A stretch of DNA of 64,000 nt from positions 283,278,001-283,342,000 of the forward strand of contig OZ024743.1 of assembly GCA_964016885.1 (NCBI GenBank). The letters are read 5' to 3'. The notes under the pieces are model-generated. The model did no database searches. It saw only the letters and a list, made by a program, of their open reading frames with translations, and was not told the origin of the DNA. Source of the DNA: Eledone cirrhosa (Eukaryota). Positions within the stretch are counted from its first letter, which is position 1, and each line of letters starts with the position of its first letter. The position numbers were made by a program, and so were the translations under genes. This document shows, one piece after another, positions 1-12,325 of the stretch.

Positions 1-374
1 TGCTATAAGAGTATTTTTATCAGCCTCTAAACTTTTCAGTCTACAAACTATTCAGCCGACCTTCCTATTTGGAATTGACAAGAGCAATTGTTTATGTTAT
101 TTACAGAAGTCCACAATGAAATAACTAAATGTTAAGCTATGTTCCAAGCATCAACTTAATCATACTAAATTACATCAAATTCTTGATGACTTTCAAAATT
201 ATTTGAAAATTCTAAGCAGCATTTTTCATTAGGAATATGGCAATAAAAAAGTTAAACAAATGTTTAAACATGTATATATATATATCAGACATTTTGAATA
301 CTGATTTAAGACAGAAAATAAAAGTGTAGCATGAATATAAACATGACTCAAACAACATATTTATCAGAGACAGA

Positions 375-668
375 TGATCTGAGAAAGAAACTGACTATAA
401 GAGGTATCAAGTGTAGTGTGCAAAAGAGGTTACTGCACTGGTATGGACATGTATTGGGTATTCATAATATACATTGCATGAAGAAGTACCAGGAGTTTGA
501 AGTGTAGGAAAGCTATAGAAGAGGAAGACCAAGAAAAAGCTTGGTAGAAGTGGTGAGAGCAGATCTCAAAATGCTGAATCTCACAAAGATGACAAAGGGA
601 CATAATTTGTGGAGGGAGGGTGTGCTGGAAAAGACCCATCAAACCCATGCAAGTATGGTAAAAATAAA
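375..668 (+). mobile_element. Old degenerate RTE LINE 3' fragment
   Basis: Reads as LRKKLxIRGIKCSVQKRLLHWYGHV...GRPRKAW.EVVRADL (with frameshifts), homologous to the C-terminus of the RTE ORF at 13955-16027; ends in a CCCATGCAAG 3'UTR-like motif. Confidence 0.75.
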
Positions 669-744
669 AGGGCTGGTTTTTTTTTGTTTTGTTTTGTTTT
701 TTTTTCATATCAAAATAAAATTAAAATTATAGTACCTAATTTAA

Positions 745-987
745 CCCTTCTGATATCAAACCACCTGAAACTGCCTCTGGTTATATGATACAAAACTGCT
801 TGTTTTAAAGAGTTTATATTTATCTAAAAATCTTCCCTCTTAATTTCATCTCAGAACTTTTTAAAGTTATGTTCTAAACACCAGCTTGATAATGAGAAAG
901 TTAGTTATGTTAATAAATCCCTCCAAATTGTTCATTATTTTCCAAATTATCTGAATGTATTTCATTGGAAATAAGGTAATAAAAGGG
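745..987 (+). mobile_element. piggyBac-type MITE, family M2
   Basis: TTAA|CCCTT...AAAGGG termini; internal sequence shared with 22395-22672 and 38528-39124. Confidence 0.6.
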
Positions 988-1659
988 TTTTATAACCAGA
1001 AATGCAGTCACCTTGCAAATGATAGAACTACATGGTTCAAGTCCTGTTAATGGTCAGCTAGTCTTTCATAGCTCAAATTGATACTCATAATATCTAATAC
1101 TATTTTGATTAAGATCTTAGCAACAATTCGTTATTCTAATGTTAGACTTAATGCATTTATTAATCAGCTTTTTTTATGGTGAATTAATCAATCTTTTTAC
1201 TCAAGTTCATTCAGTTCAAACAAAATATTTTGTACATGAGCCTTATTATGGTTGTTTTATCTCTGCAGTATCTTTTGTGCCATTTTCTCAGGAACATTGC
1301 ATGTGTTTCTCTACTTAAGTCTTTGAACAGCCATTATTGATTTGAACTTGGAGGCATTCACTTCACTGTTATTAAAAGGAATCACGCCTTTCTCTATCTC
1401 CTACTTTGTGATCATTTTCAATAATGTATTCAAAATTCTAGTGAGATTGGTAGATTTATGACCAATTGTATCAGTGACAGGATATTAATTCATATATATT
1501 TATTGAATTATGAGGTGTACATAATACAGGTCTTAAATAAGCATCCTTTCAAATACATCTGAAATCCAGTGATTTCAATATATTAAATGAATTTTAGGAT
1601 ATGTTACCCATAATTTTCTCACCAAATCCCATGTTTTTTCTTTCTTGTATTGCAAAGCT

Positions 1660-1925
1660 TCATCCTCACTACCATCACCATGGTCATCATTACCATCACC
1701 ATCGTCATCATTACCATCACCACCAACACTACCATCATCATCCTCCCCATTATCATCATCATCATCTTCACCATCACAACACCATCACCACCAGCACTAT
1801 CATCATCATCCTTATCATTATTGTCATCATCATCATCATAATCTAACCACCACCTTACTCACCTCTGCCACACTCACCACTACCAATACCACAACCACCA
1901 TCATGATCATGATCTTCATCATTTT
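1660..1925. repeat. Degenerate (CAT/CAC)n trinucleotide tract
   Basis: Seen directly; source of the poly-H/S/I ORFs. Confidence 0.9.
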
Positions 1926-2169
1926 TACACACACTTTTTCCATACTGGCATGGGTTGAACTAAACATTTTGAGGCAGTATTCTATTTCTAAGTATTGCAG
2001 TTAGTCGACTGATCTTTACCCATCAAACTGCTAAGCTGCAAGACATAAACAAATAGTATTGTTTTTTTTGTTCTTGGTATTAACATATGACATATACAGA
2101 TACAAACACTCACACACCCACATATATACATGCTTGCATACATACATACATATGTACTTACATACATAA

Positions 2170-2480
2170 GGAACAGAGAAAAGAAAGCATGCACAGTAGT
2201 GGAAATCAGATGCACAGCAGATGTCAATATAATGCTAAAGATTAGTGAAAAAGGAGAACATTTATACTGAACTAATGAGGAATCTACGGTTACTTTACCC
2301 TGGCTATATCTTTAGAGTATACCTGTGATCATTGGGGCTTTGGGATATGTTACTGCCTTGGTACAAATCTTGAGAAACTGCTTCACAGAACCAGGAAAAG
2401 CACAGGTAATTAGTATGTCACAAGTACAGTCAATTAATGGAACTGTAAAAATATGTAAAGCATTTCAGAAATTAGCATGT
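2170..2480 (+). mobile_element. Relic C-terminal restriction-like endonuclease (REL) of an R4/Dong/NeSL-type non-LTR element
   Basis: Frameshifted translation ..EKKACTVVEIRCTADVNIMLKISEK..IYTELMRNLRLLYPGYIFRVIPVIIGALGYV..QSINGTVKICKAF resembles the D..N...K..EK..KY..L...IP(I/V)IIGALG signature. Confidence 0.6.
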
Positions 2481-2699
2481 AATTTCACTCACAAGGCATA
2501 GGTCAGTCAGAGGCTATAGTGGAAGACACTTGCTTAAGGTGCCATAGTTAGTCTGAATCTTTTAGTGGTTCTTTGAGTATCCCTATGTAGGTGTCACCAT
2601 GATGTAATACCTCATTTCATTCCTCTTGTATACTTTTGTTTGCCATGCCTGTTTTTCATAATCAGCCATTTTTGTAACTTTGTCATTGTAATGTCCCAT

Positions 2700-2985
2700 C
2701 ATCATCGGTTTTAACGGTGCAGTCCATCATGTATTATAGTGAAAGTCCATTTTGTATTTTAATGCAAGTGTCTGAGCACTCCACAGACATGTGTATCCAT
2801 AATACAATTCTCAGGGAGATTCAACATGACAAAGCTGGGCCTGTGAATTATAGGTATAGTAAATTTTGTATTATAATGCAAATGGCTGAACATTACACAG
2901 ACACATATACCCATAGTGTAATTCTCAGGAAGATTCAGCCTGATGTTCTGTGTAACAAAACTAGATTTTCGAATTACAGGTACAG
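2700..2985 (-). mobile_element. SINE-associated repeat S3, two partial tandem copies
   Basis: Reverse complement of the CTGAATCTCCCTGAGAAT...ATGTCTGTGGAGTGCTCAG module also found at 42435-42695 and 50150-50340. Confidence 0.6.
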
Positions 2986-3529
2986 TCCGTCCAACGAACT
3001 TCCAAACAGTTACCGTCTCCCTAATTTCACTCACAAGACCTGTGTTGACACAGATCCCAAGATGCCATGCAATGAGAGTGAACCCAAACCTAATGATTGC
3101 AAAGTAAATTTCTGAATCATTCAATCATGCTGCATCTACAAGTCACCCTTGTAGCAAATAAAAGAAAATCATTATTAGCTCTGTCCTGTTAGTGCTATTT
3201 ATTATTATCTATTTATCAATGTGCCTTATTGTTATTTTTATTGATCTTATCCCCTTTCTTGGTGTAATTTCCCTACTGTTAGTCATTTTTGTCTCCCTTT
3301 TTACTGTCCCCAGTGTTTTGATCTTATGTAGCCAATAAAAGAAATCATTATTTTAATACAGACTATTCCATGATGATGTAGTTTAAATATTATCTACTCA
3401 CACACACAGAGAACAGAATTATTGACTGCAGAAAAAAATATCTAGTTGATATTTATATCAAAATTATGCTATCTATACATTTTTTATAGATCGATTATAG
3501 CATTGAAATACAAGCTTGCATATATGTGC

Positions 3530-3606
3530 TGGTATATATATATATATATATAAATATACACACACACCAATGCACACAAAAACACACACATATATATGTA
3601 TGTATG

Positions 3607-3703
<97 letters not shown>

Positions 3704-3724
3704 GTATATATGAATATATATATA
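3530..3724. repeat. (TA)n/(CA)n microsatellite
   Basis: Seen directly. Confidence 0.95.
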
Positions 3725-3870
3725 AACCAGCATGGATGCAGTAAAAACCAGTTAGACCATTACTCACCAGAGTACTCAATACTTGAAGTAGTAGAGTAGG
3801 TAATATGAAGGATTTCGGAACCCAACGGCTGAGCTCCTGCTGTTTCAACAGCTAGATCTAGCTGTATGCT
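3725..3870. repeat. Short dispersed repeat family F (probable PLE pseudo-LTR end)
   Basis: GACCATTAC..CCAGAGTACTCAATACTT..TAGTAGAGT..CGGCTGAGCTC..GTTTC shared with 44465-44650 and 48500-48650. Confidence 0.55.
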
Positions 3871-3886
3871 GTAAAGCAATTATACT

Positions 3887-4015
3887 AATTGTTTCTACTT
3901 TTGGCACAAGGCCAGCAATTATCCAGTGTATTACTGGTACTTTATTTTATCGACCCCCTAAGGATGAAAGGCAAAGTTAACCTCGGCGGGATTTGAACTC
4001 AGACTATAAAGGGGC
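3887..4015 (-). mobile_element. tRNA-derived SINE family S1 (MetaSINE/Sauria-like core)
   Basis: Reverse complement of B-box GAGTTCAAATCC plus GCCTTTCATCCT..GGGGTCGATAAAATAAAGTACCAG core. Confidence 0.75.
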
Positions 4016-4229
4016 GAACAGTAAAACACGAACAGCTTCAATTATACAAACTCTTTCAAAAGTCAACAGTTGACATAATCTAGTATCAGTAATGACGGTA
4101 ATATATATATGTATGTGTGTGTGTGTGTTTGTTTGTATGCATGCGTGTTGGTGTGTGTGCGTGTGTGAGTGAGTGTGGGTGTGTGTGTGTGTGTTGTGTG
4201 TATGCGTGTCACTAAGTGAGTTTTTTTTT

Positions 4230-6060
4230 TTCTATGTGCAGGGACATAGAAATAATCGGGCTGGATATTGATCGCACAGTTAAACCGCTGTGAGTGAAGG
4301 ACCCTAGCTCTTGTCAGGGCATTCTTCTAGGAGAAGGCATCTCAGGAAACTGGGTTAACTCTGACAGATAAAGCTAACTCCATAGCTTTATCTGAGATGA
4401 GGTTAGCTGGAGATGGTCATCTTACAGAATTTTGTGGAGAATATACATTCTTCTGGAAAGGAAGAGATGAAGGAACCAGAAGAGAGGATGGGGTAGGATT
4501 TGCTGTTAAGACTGCTCTTGTGGATAAATTAGAAGAATTCTCAGTGGGGATTAGTGAGCGTCTTATGTCCATGAGATTTCCCCTGGACAAAGGAAGATAT
4601 CCGACCCTGGTGAGTGTGTATGCTCCAACTATGAATTCTGTCAATGAAGAAAAAGTGTCTTTTTACCAAGCCTTGAAAGGTGTTTTAAGAAATATCCCTC
4701 AGGCAGACAAGGTCATCGTGCTTGGTGACTTTAATGTTAGAGTGGGTAGGGATTTTAACATATGGAATGTAATCGGAAGGCATGGGGTGGGAAAGTGTAA
4801 CAACAATGGTATGTTCCTGCTGCAGGTGTGTGAGGAGCTGGATCTGTGTGTTACCAACACCATGTTCCAGCAAAAGAACAAATTTAAGACCACATGGATG
4901 CATCCTGCATCTAAGGAATCTTTTGGACTACATCCTTGTCAGGATGCATGACAGATGGGATGTGCAGTGTGTTCGTGCTCTTCGTGGAGCTGAGTGCTGG
5001 ACGGACCACTGCCTGGTATGCGCAAAAGTGAAACTAATCACTAAATATAAAATCCGGTCTCCTGATGTTACCCTGCCCAGGAGATTGAATGCTGTTTGTC
5101 TTAGAGATAAAAATATAAAGAGGACATTGCGAGAAGAAATGCATGTTGCAGATCTTGGTTAGGATTGGCCGACCCTTAAAAGTCGGATTATGATGTAGGC
5201 AGGTGTGTTCTGGGATTGGTGCAGAGAAAACATCAAGACTGGTTTAATGAAAATGATGAACATATAGATGATTTGTTGGTTGATAAAAGGCATGCTCTGT
5301 CACACTACTTGGCAGCAAAATCACAGGAGAAGAATATGTTGCATAAGGAACTCAAGGATGTGAAATCACGTGTGAGGCAGAGTCTTTCTCAGATGAAGGA
5401 TAAGTGGTGGAGTGAGAAGGCTGATGAGATACAAGCTGCATCAGATTCCAATAACACAAAGCTGTTGTACAGTCTCTTGCATGACGTTTATGGACCGTCT
5501 TCTTCTCTGGTGACACCGCTTCACAGCAAGGATAGCAAGGAACTTCTTCGTGACTTACAAGGAATTCTGCCAAGGTGGCGAAGCACTTTGGTGAACTTTT
5601 GAATCAGCTGTCTGTCGTCAATGAAGATTTCCTCAATCTCATTCCTGAAAAACCTGTGAAAGTAGCTCTCGCAGAACCACCGATGCTTGTGGAGGTTGCA
5701 GTAGTTATCTCAAAGCTGAACAGAGGAAAGGTCTCCAGGTATGGATGGCATACATGCAGAGCTCTTACAATATGGTGTCGAGAGACTTCTGCAACATCTT
5801 CACTCTTTGTTTGGAAAGATATGGGCTAGTGAATCCCTACTTGTACAAGGGAAAGAGTAACAAGAATGATTGTGGAAACTACAGAGGTATATCATTGCTT
5901 TCTGTCGTAGGAAAAATTTTATGTAGGGTGCTTCTGGACCATCTGCTGACACACATTGCAGATTGTGTTCTTCCTGAAAGTCAATCTGATTTTCGAGCTG
6001 GACATGGCACTACTGATATGATCTTCTCCGCTAAACAGCTCCAGAAGAAGTACATGAACA
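4230..6060 (+). mobile_element. Degenerate RTE (BovB/RTE-1-like) LINE: 5'UTR remnant, APE endonuclease and start of RT
   Basis: ORF pieces with YTFFWKG, GVGFAV, SVYAPT, LGDFNVRVG, TWMHP, WTDH, NYRGISLLS, PESQSDFRAG; several frameshifts. Confidence 0.9.
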
Positions 6061-6061
6061 G

Positions 6062-7780
6062 GTTTTGTGCTGGGGTAAGGTGTAGGGCGTAAATCTAAAA
6101 AATGTTGAGGCCGTCATCATGAGGGATGACGGTATAGAGAGAGGTGATGTCCAGAGTAAAGGGAAGACGAGAGGGACCAGGAGGGAAGGAGAAGGAGTTG
6201 AAGAGTCTAAGGGCATAATTGGTATCGTGGATGTGGGAGGGGAGATTGACGACCAACGGGGTGAGAATGGTGTCTAAATATTCAGAAATTATCTCGGTGG
6301 AGCAGTTGCATGCAGAAACGATAGGATGGCCAGGATTATTTTGTTTGTGTATTTTGGGGAGGAAGTAGATGGTGGGTGTGCGAGGGGTGCGTACAATAAG
6401 GTTGGTGGCTGTGGGGTGGGGGGGGTAGGAAAGAGGAGATGAGCTTGTGGATGGTGGAGGATATGAGTTGTTGGTAGCCAGGAGTGGGGTCGAAGGATAA
6501 AGGGCGGTAAAAAAGGGTATTGTGAAGCTGGCGGAGAGCCTCAACCCTATAGAGGCTCCAAACCACCACAGTGCCATCTTTGTCAGTGGGTTTGATGACA
6601 ATGTCATCGCGATGCTGCAGGTTGTGAAGAGCAGAGAGCTCAGTCCGTGTGATGTTAGAGCGACGAGAATGCTGGTGGAAATGGAACCAGTTCACAGTAA
6701 GCTGGCAAGTATCGACAAAGGAGTCGAGGGTGCTGAACTGGCTGGAGCTCGGCGTCCAATGTGATTGCCGGCGACTGAGATGAGTGAAGTCATCTGTCTG
6801 TGTCAATGATGGCGTGTCGTGAAAAAAAGCTTTCAGCTTTAATTGACAGAAAAACCCTTCAATATCAGCAGATTTGCGGAACTCAATGCAGGTAGATGTG
6901 GTTGGTATAAAATGCAAACCATGGGTGAGGAGGGAGTGCTCAGCTTCGGAGAGTGGTAGGTCCTGGGATATGGTGACTACAGTGCAGGGATGTGAGGGAG
7001 TGAAAGAGGTGGAGGTGGAGGGGTTAAGGTGGTAGGGCAAAGTGTGTGCAGATTCAGTGGTGTGGAGAGGAAAGGGGGTGGTAGGTGACGGGATAGAGGG
7101 GTTAGAGCTGGAGGTGATATGAGTATGGGTAGTGATGGCAGGAGGGGAACAGATTGAGTCGAGTTTGTGGTTTTTTATGGAAGTGAGGAAATTGAAAAGT
7201 AGGCGATTGAGGTAAAGGATGAATTGGATATGGGATTGGGCGAGGAAAGGGTGGCAAGTGGAGGAGAGATGGAGGTAGGCCTTGGGGAGATCTCGGTCGA
7301 GGGAACGGATTTGGGCGTGAGTTGATTGAATGGTCACCTGCATGAGATGACGAGAGGAGCGGGTAAGGATGGGCTCAGTGGGGGGAGCAGAGTAAGAGGT
7401 GGAGTGGAGACAGCAACTTAAAAATGTCATGTGACTGTTGTATTTTGTTTTGGTGAAGATAAGGTTGGAGAGATGCAGGAAGGATTGGATGCATATGGGG
7501 GGGGAGGTTGGAGGAAGCGCTTGAGAGTGGAATGGAGCTGGCAGAGAAAAGATTTGAGTTTGGGTATATTGAAGGTACAAGGGTAGGAGTGAAAAATAGA
7601 CAGGTGAGAAAAAGAAGGAGGTGTAAGAAGATTATAGTAGAGGGAAAGTGGTAGAGAGTCATGGAATATTTAAATGCAAGAAGCAAAGAAAATTTCAATG
7701 ATATAAAAGATTTCCTGGTGGAAGTTCATGTGTACTCCGTGTTGGTATCCAATTTCGGGGTGAAAATCCAATTAGAAAAT
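6062..7780 (-). mobile_element. Penelope-like element (Poseidon/Neptune-type RT), 3'-truncated after RT motif A
   Basis: IVIKPTDKDGTVVVW, YFLPKIHK..PGHPIVS, LDTILTPLV and TLDITSLYTVIPH are PLE RT motifs; frameshifted. Confidence 0.85.
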
Positions 7781-7815
7781 CCAACGAATTTTGAGAGGTT
7801 CACGTAAGCGTTGGT

Positions 7816-7829
7816 ATATATATATATAT

Positions 7830-7893
<64 letters not shown>
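7816..7893. repeat. (TA)n microsatellite
   Basis: Seen directly. Confidence 0.95.
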
Positions 7894-7898
<5 letters not shown>

Positions 7899-9370
7899 TA
7901 GGGAAGCAGAAAATTGCTTATTGTGATCCAGTTCGTGGTTAAGAAAGCCAGTTTCATGGACGGTTTCAACGTACGGTTAGGGGTAACTCTACAAGTTTGT
8001 AAGAATTCCGTTCAATCTTGTAGTATAAAGTATAAAAGAGAAAACACAGGTAAGCATTAAGAGAAGGATTTTATCCAGGTATTTACGACCGTTTCATTGG
8101 TAAGTGCAACCTTATATTGCTATACTGCAAATAGCAGCCACTCAATTATAATTGTTGTTCACGTCCAAATTTTCAAAATAGTGAGTAAGTTACTCTTGAA
8201 ATAGTTCTTAATATATAGAGAAAAACATTTTTTTGGAATTGTATTTACTAGTATAGAGAGAGAGGAAGAGGAATTATGTGAGGGGACAAACGGAATAGTA
8301 TAGAGAGAGAGGAAGGGGGAGAAGAGTTAGGAAGTAGAGTGACAAACTGAGATGGAGGGAGGGTAGAGGTGAAAGGATTCCTTGATCAGTTTTGATATGT
8401 AGACTTCATGTTGTGGAATGTAGTGAGTTAAAGAGAATTAAATTGATCATAGTGGGAGGGAGGGATAGAGAGGGAGAGAGAGAGGGGGGAGATATAAAGA
8501 GATAAATATATATATATAAAATAAAGATAAAGATTATAATGACAAAAATAAAAGCAAAGAAGGGGGGAGAAAGAAGAAAAGAAAAGTTAGCCAAAAAGGG
8601 GAGGGAAGGAAGGAAGAAAACGAAGAAATAGAAGAGGAATGAAGGAGAAGGGAGGGATATAGGTATTGGTTTTTGTGGGTAATTAAAAGGGTTTCGATAC
8701 AATAAGAGGGTATAAAGTCTAAGTATATGCAGTTTGTCAGTTGATAGTAAGAGGTTAAGGGTTCGATTTGCACTTGTAGTGCGAAAACTTTTCTTTGAGT
8801 CTATGGTTACAATAAATTGATCTTTCGATTTTATTGTTGAGTAACTTATTCTTCGAACTCAAAATGTGGAACAGCTCAAGGTCACATAATCGACAGCTTC
8901 TCATATCACTCCGATATGGGGGCGCGTTCGATAATTTTTTCCACTTCAGGGTGTATTGATGGTTACTTTCCCTCAGTTGCCAGGTCTTGTTTGCAAGGGT
9001 AGTTACATAACGATGCTGGGAATGTTTCATTGCGTAACGGTGTGTATACTAACGGGCTTTAAATGTATTCTCAGTCGCTCTGATGTAATACCATTTCTGG
9101 TTGTCTGATTCCACTGTGCATTGGTAAACCAGGTTAGACTGCATACATTCATTATGTAATGGACAGGTTTCAGGTAGGTGGCAGTTACAATTCTTGTCAT
9201 GGGCAACTTTGGCATTATTGGTGGGCTGCGATGCCTGTACAAGTATGTTACGTTTTGTTTGCCTATTAGTGGGTGGTTGTGTATTAGATATTCTGTTGTG
9301 TTCAATGGTGATTGTATTGTTATTGTTGTAAATTTGTGTTCTGGTGTTGTTATGTATCTTTTTAGCGCTA
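7894..9370 (-). mobile_element. Naiad-type PLE 3' part: GIY-YIG endonuclease, 3'UTR and pseudo-LTR
   Basis: CNC..ETCPL..EC..NLVYQC..YYIRATENTFKAR*YTH..TTLA..W..CRLC..E...CNH; the pLTR at 7894-8160 is an inverted copy of 9370-9628. Confidence 0.85.
8080..8180 (-). ncRNA. Degenerate type I hammerhead ribozyme with long stem II in the PLE pLTR
   Basis: Minus strand TATT-TTGAAAA-TTTGG...CCAAT-GAAA-CGGTCG-TA-AATA; stems I-III pair, but the core box has two changes from CTGAAGA. Confidence 0.5.
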
Positions 9371-10385
9371 ACAACAATTATAATTGAGTGGCTGCTATTT
9401 GCAGTATAGCAATATAAGGTTGCACTTACCAATGAAACGGTCGTAAATACCTGGATAAAATCCTTCTCTTAATGCTTACCTGTGTTTTCTCTTTTATACT
9501 TTATACTCCAAGATTGAACAGAATTCTTACAAACTTGTAGAGTTACCCCTAACCGTACGTTGAAACCATCCATGAAACTGGCTTTCTTAACCACGAACAA
9601 TAAGCAATTTTCTGCTTCCCTAACTACAGGCTCCTTATCGGTCGAGCAACCACCTAAACATACGGTACTACTATGGAAAAGCATTACATAGGTATATCCA
9701 TAAAGAACATTCCTATACCTTTGAGAAAGGATTATACCCTCGGGATGATACAGCGAACAAACGACTTTATACGCTGAGTTAGATGGAAAACTTTCCATTT
9801 CGACAAAGGACGTAATGATCGCACCGTAGAATACAACAAGAAAACATACGGCTTCAAATCGTGTAAGAACCCACCTACCAACCCTCAACTGGATGCCTTT
9901 GAACAGGACTTACTGAAGATGAATAATAAACTCCAGAATGACATAAATACATTCCTAAAAAAAGTTGCGAACTACCAATTATTGGAATTATTGTCAAAGC
10001 GGACAAAACCTCAAATGTGTATACGATGGATGTTAATACATACAATAGCTTCATACGGAAAGAATTACATAGGAAATACAAAAAAAACTAATGAGGCGGC
10101 ACTGATAAACATCAACAACGAGGCACACAATATAGTCAAACACCTAGGGATAGACGACAGAACGGAGCCACTTAGGCCATGTACCCCCACATTTAATCTC
10201 AAGGACCACAAGGTAAATTTTGATTATAACCCCACAGTTAGACTTATATGCCCGTCCAAATCGGACATCGGGAAAATTAGTAAACATATATTAGACAGAG
10301 TGATAGCACAAATGAAGAATAAACTAGTGATTAAACTATGGGGTAACGCTACAGAAAAAATTAAGTGGTTTAACAATATAGCAGA
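9370..10385 (+). mobile_element. Naiad-type PLE 5' part: partial pLTR plus ORF start (ATG 9673)
   Basis: SIKNIPIP..DFIR*VRWKTF..YGFKS..PP..FEQDLLKM..FNLKDHKVNF..NPTVRLICPSKSDIGKISK; in-frame stop and internal lesions. Confidence 0.85.
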
Positions 10386-10478
10386 ATCAATGTCCGTCCC
10401 ACCCTTGCAAGCAGGGAAAAGCGGACGCAAAATGATGATGATGATGATGATAATGATGATGATGATGATGATGATGAT
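10386..10478 (+). mobile_element. Short RTE/SINE 3' tail with (ATG)n
   Basis: CCACCCTTGCAAGCAGGGAAAAGCGGACG-(ATG)n, same tail as the SINE at 28881-29183. Confidence 0.7.
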
Positions 10479-10517
10479 TTATTAAAATAACAGATTAAAG
10501 TTTAAGCAAAGAATGTA

Positions 10518-10700
10518 TGTAAAAGGTAAACAGAAATAACAACACAATCGGCACAGTATATGGAAGGAATATATTAGGTTAACGCTTGAAATAGCAAGAA
10601 GAGGAGTTTAATGTTTCGGACGCTTGTCCTTCATCAGAAAAAAGAATGAGAAATAAGATAGATTGAGGGGATGGGCAGGTTGGAATTAGAAAAAAATGTC
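10518..10700 (-). mobile_element. Hammerhead-bearing repeat family H2 (probable solo PLE pLTR)
   Basis: Near-identical to 43698-43880; related to 36464-36670 and 44080-44240. Confidence 0.7.
10607..10640 (-). ncRNA. Minimal type I hammerhead ribozyme
   Basis: Minus strand TTT-CTGATGA-A-GGAC-AAGC-GTCC-GAAA-CA-TT-AAA. Confidence 0.75.
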
Positions 10701-10774
10701 TTTAGATAAAAACAACAGGTCCATTCATGTTGACATCTCTTGGAAAACTGTGTATATATATATATATATACACA

Positions 10775-11040
10775 CAGTCCCAAAAGTCAACTCAAAAGTG
10801 ACACAGAGGAGATTGAGGTTAGCTGGATAATGCTCACCGACATCCAGAGTTGACATTGCACTCAGTGCTCCTGTGGGAGCCCCTACATGGACACACTGGA
10901 AGTGGAAGACCAAGGTTAACGTATGTTGATGCCCTAAGGACACTGGTCTGTTGGAGACGTAGGACATGGCAGTGATAATGAGGGACAGAGACCACTGGAG
11001 AGAACTCGTCCATGGATCTCAGGAATTTTACCCACCCTAG
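10775..11040 (+). mobile_element. Degenerate non-LTR (RTE/RTE-X-like) 3' fragment
   Basis: VPKVNSKVTQRRLRLAG*C..HPELTLHSVLLWEPLHGH..GRPRLTYVDAL. Confidence 0.6.
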
Positions 11041-11059
11041 ATATATATATTTATATATA

Positions 11060-11410
11060 TATCATCATCATCATCATCACCGTTTTACGTCCGTTCTTCC
11101 ACGCTAGCATGGGTTAGACGGGTTGTCCTGTTGTGGGCAGTGTCTGGTCGGCTGACCATGCCTTGCTCATACAGGAACTGATCTGGCTTGATTTCTACAG
11201 CTGGATGCCCTTCCTAACACCAACCTCATTTACAGTGAGTGCTGGGTGCTTTTTCGTGGCCCCTACACGTCCACTTTACAGTGTGGGCTGGGTGCTTTTT
11301 TTGCCGTGGCACCTCCACGACCACCTTGCGGTGGGGGGTGTGGGGGCATATTGTCTATATGCTTCAGCTTGTACCCATGGGAGGTCGGGTACTTTGTATT
11401 ACTGCGTGAC
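11060..11410 (-). mobile_element. RTE subfamily A 3' end (UTR and (ATG)n tail)
   Basis: Nearly identical to 12410-12768 and to the reverse complement of 15980-16325. Confidence 0.9.
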
Positions 11411-11439
11411 TATTTATATATGTATACATATATAGGGGT

Positions 11440-12325
11440 TTTTAAATAAGTGGGTGTGCACATATCTTTTCTTAAAAAAAGTTAACTGTAGCCTCCACAT
11501 ACAAATAGGTAGGGGTCACATCTAACATTTTAAAGTAAAGATGGTATGTGCATACCCACTCTTTTAAAAATCCTGAGCTTCACAAATCTACCATGCTGGC
11601 TAAAGAAATATGGGACTTAAAGCAGGAAAAAGTGGAGTATGAGCTGTCATGGTCGATTCTATGCTTTGCCACCCCTATTGATGTGAAAGGAGGGATCGTG
11701 ATCTTTGTTCAATGGAAGTGTTGGAAATCATGACCGGAAAAAATTTACTAAATTCTAGACAGAATAGAATATTCAATTGTAAATAGAAACACCTAAAACC
11801 TTTTTCTAGATATAGTCCAAGCTAACCTATGATTTGATCCTACAACTCCATTTCCATTTTGCTATGAACTACATCTCTTTTGACTGGCCAATTCTTATGA
11901 CAAGCAAGAGTGATGCCAAATCTAGTATTTCAATATCTTCCTTACCATCACAACAGATACTCCCAATTCCTAAAATGGTCCTATTTGAACTATAGAATAA
12001 TGCCATCTCAGCCAATGACATTTGTTATTCCAGCAGTACCATAAATACTCGAAGCCCATTGGCTACTATCTACTTCACTTCCTCCTATTCTTATACACAA
12101 ATATACCTAAAAAATACTTATTATTTTATTATTTCATTATTCTCTGAAGATTTGCCGATGATGAACATATTACGAATGAGTGAATAGAAAAAAATATACC
12201 CATGCATCTTTTGTAGATGATTATGTAATCAGTGATGAAACTTGTTAGATTATTTAATCAAATAAATATTTCTTCAAATCTCTCCTCATTTCTTGCTTGT
12301 TTTCCCTAATACAATAATTTATACT
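11440..12325 (+). mobile_element. Naiad-type PLE 3' fragment: GIY-YIG C-terminus, 3'UTR and pLTR
   Basis: FKVRWYVHTHSFKNP..STMLAKEIWDLK..LSWSIL..DLCSMEVLEI..LLNSR..NC; hammerhead at 12141-12249. Confidence 0.75.
12141..12249 (+). ncRNA. Type I hammerhead ribozyme with extended stem II
   Basis: TCT-CTGAAGA-TTTGCCGAT...ATCAGTGAT-GAAA-CTTG-TT-AGA. Confidence 0.6.
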
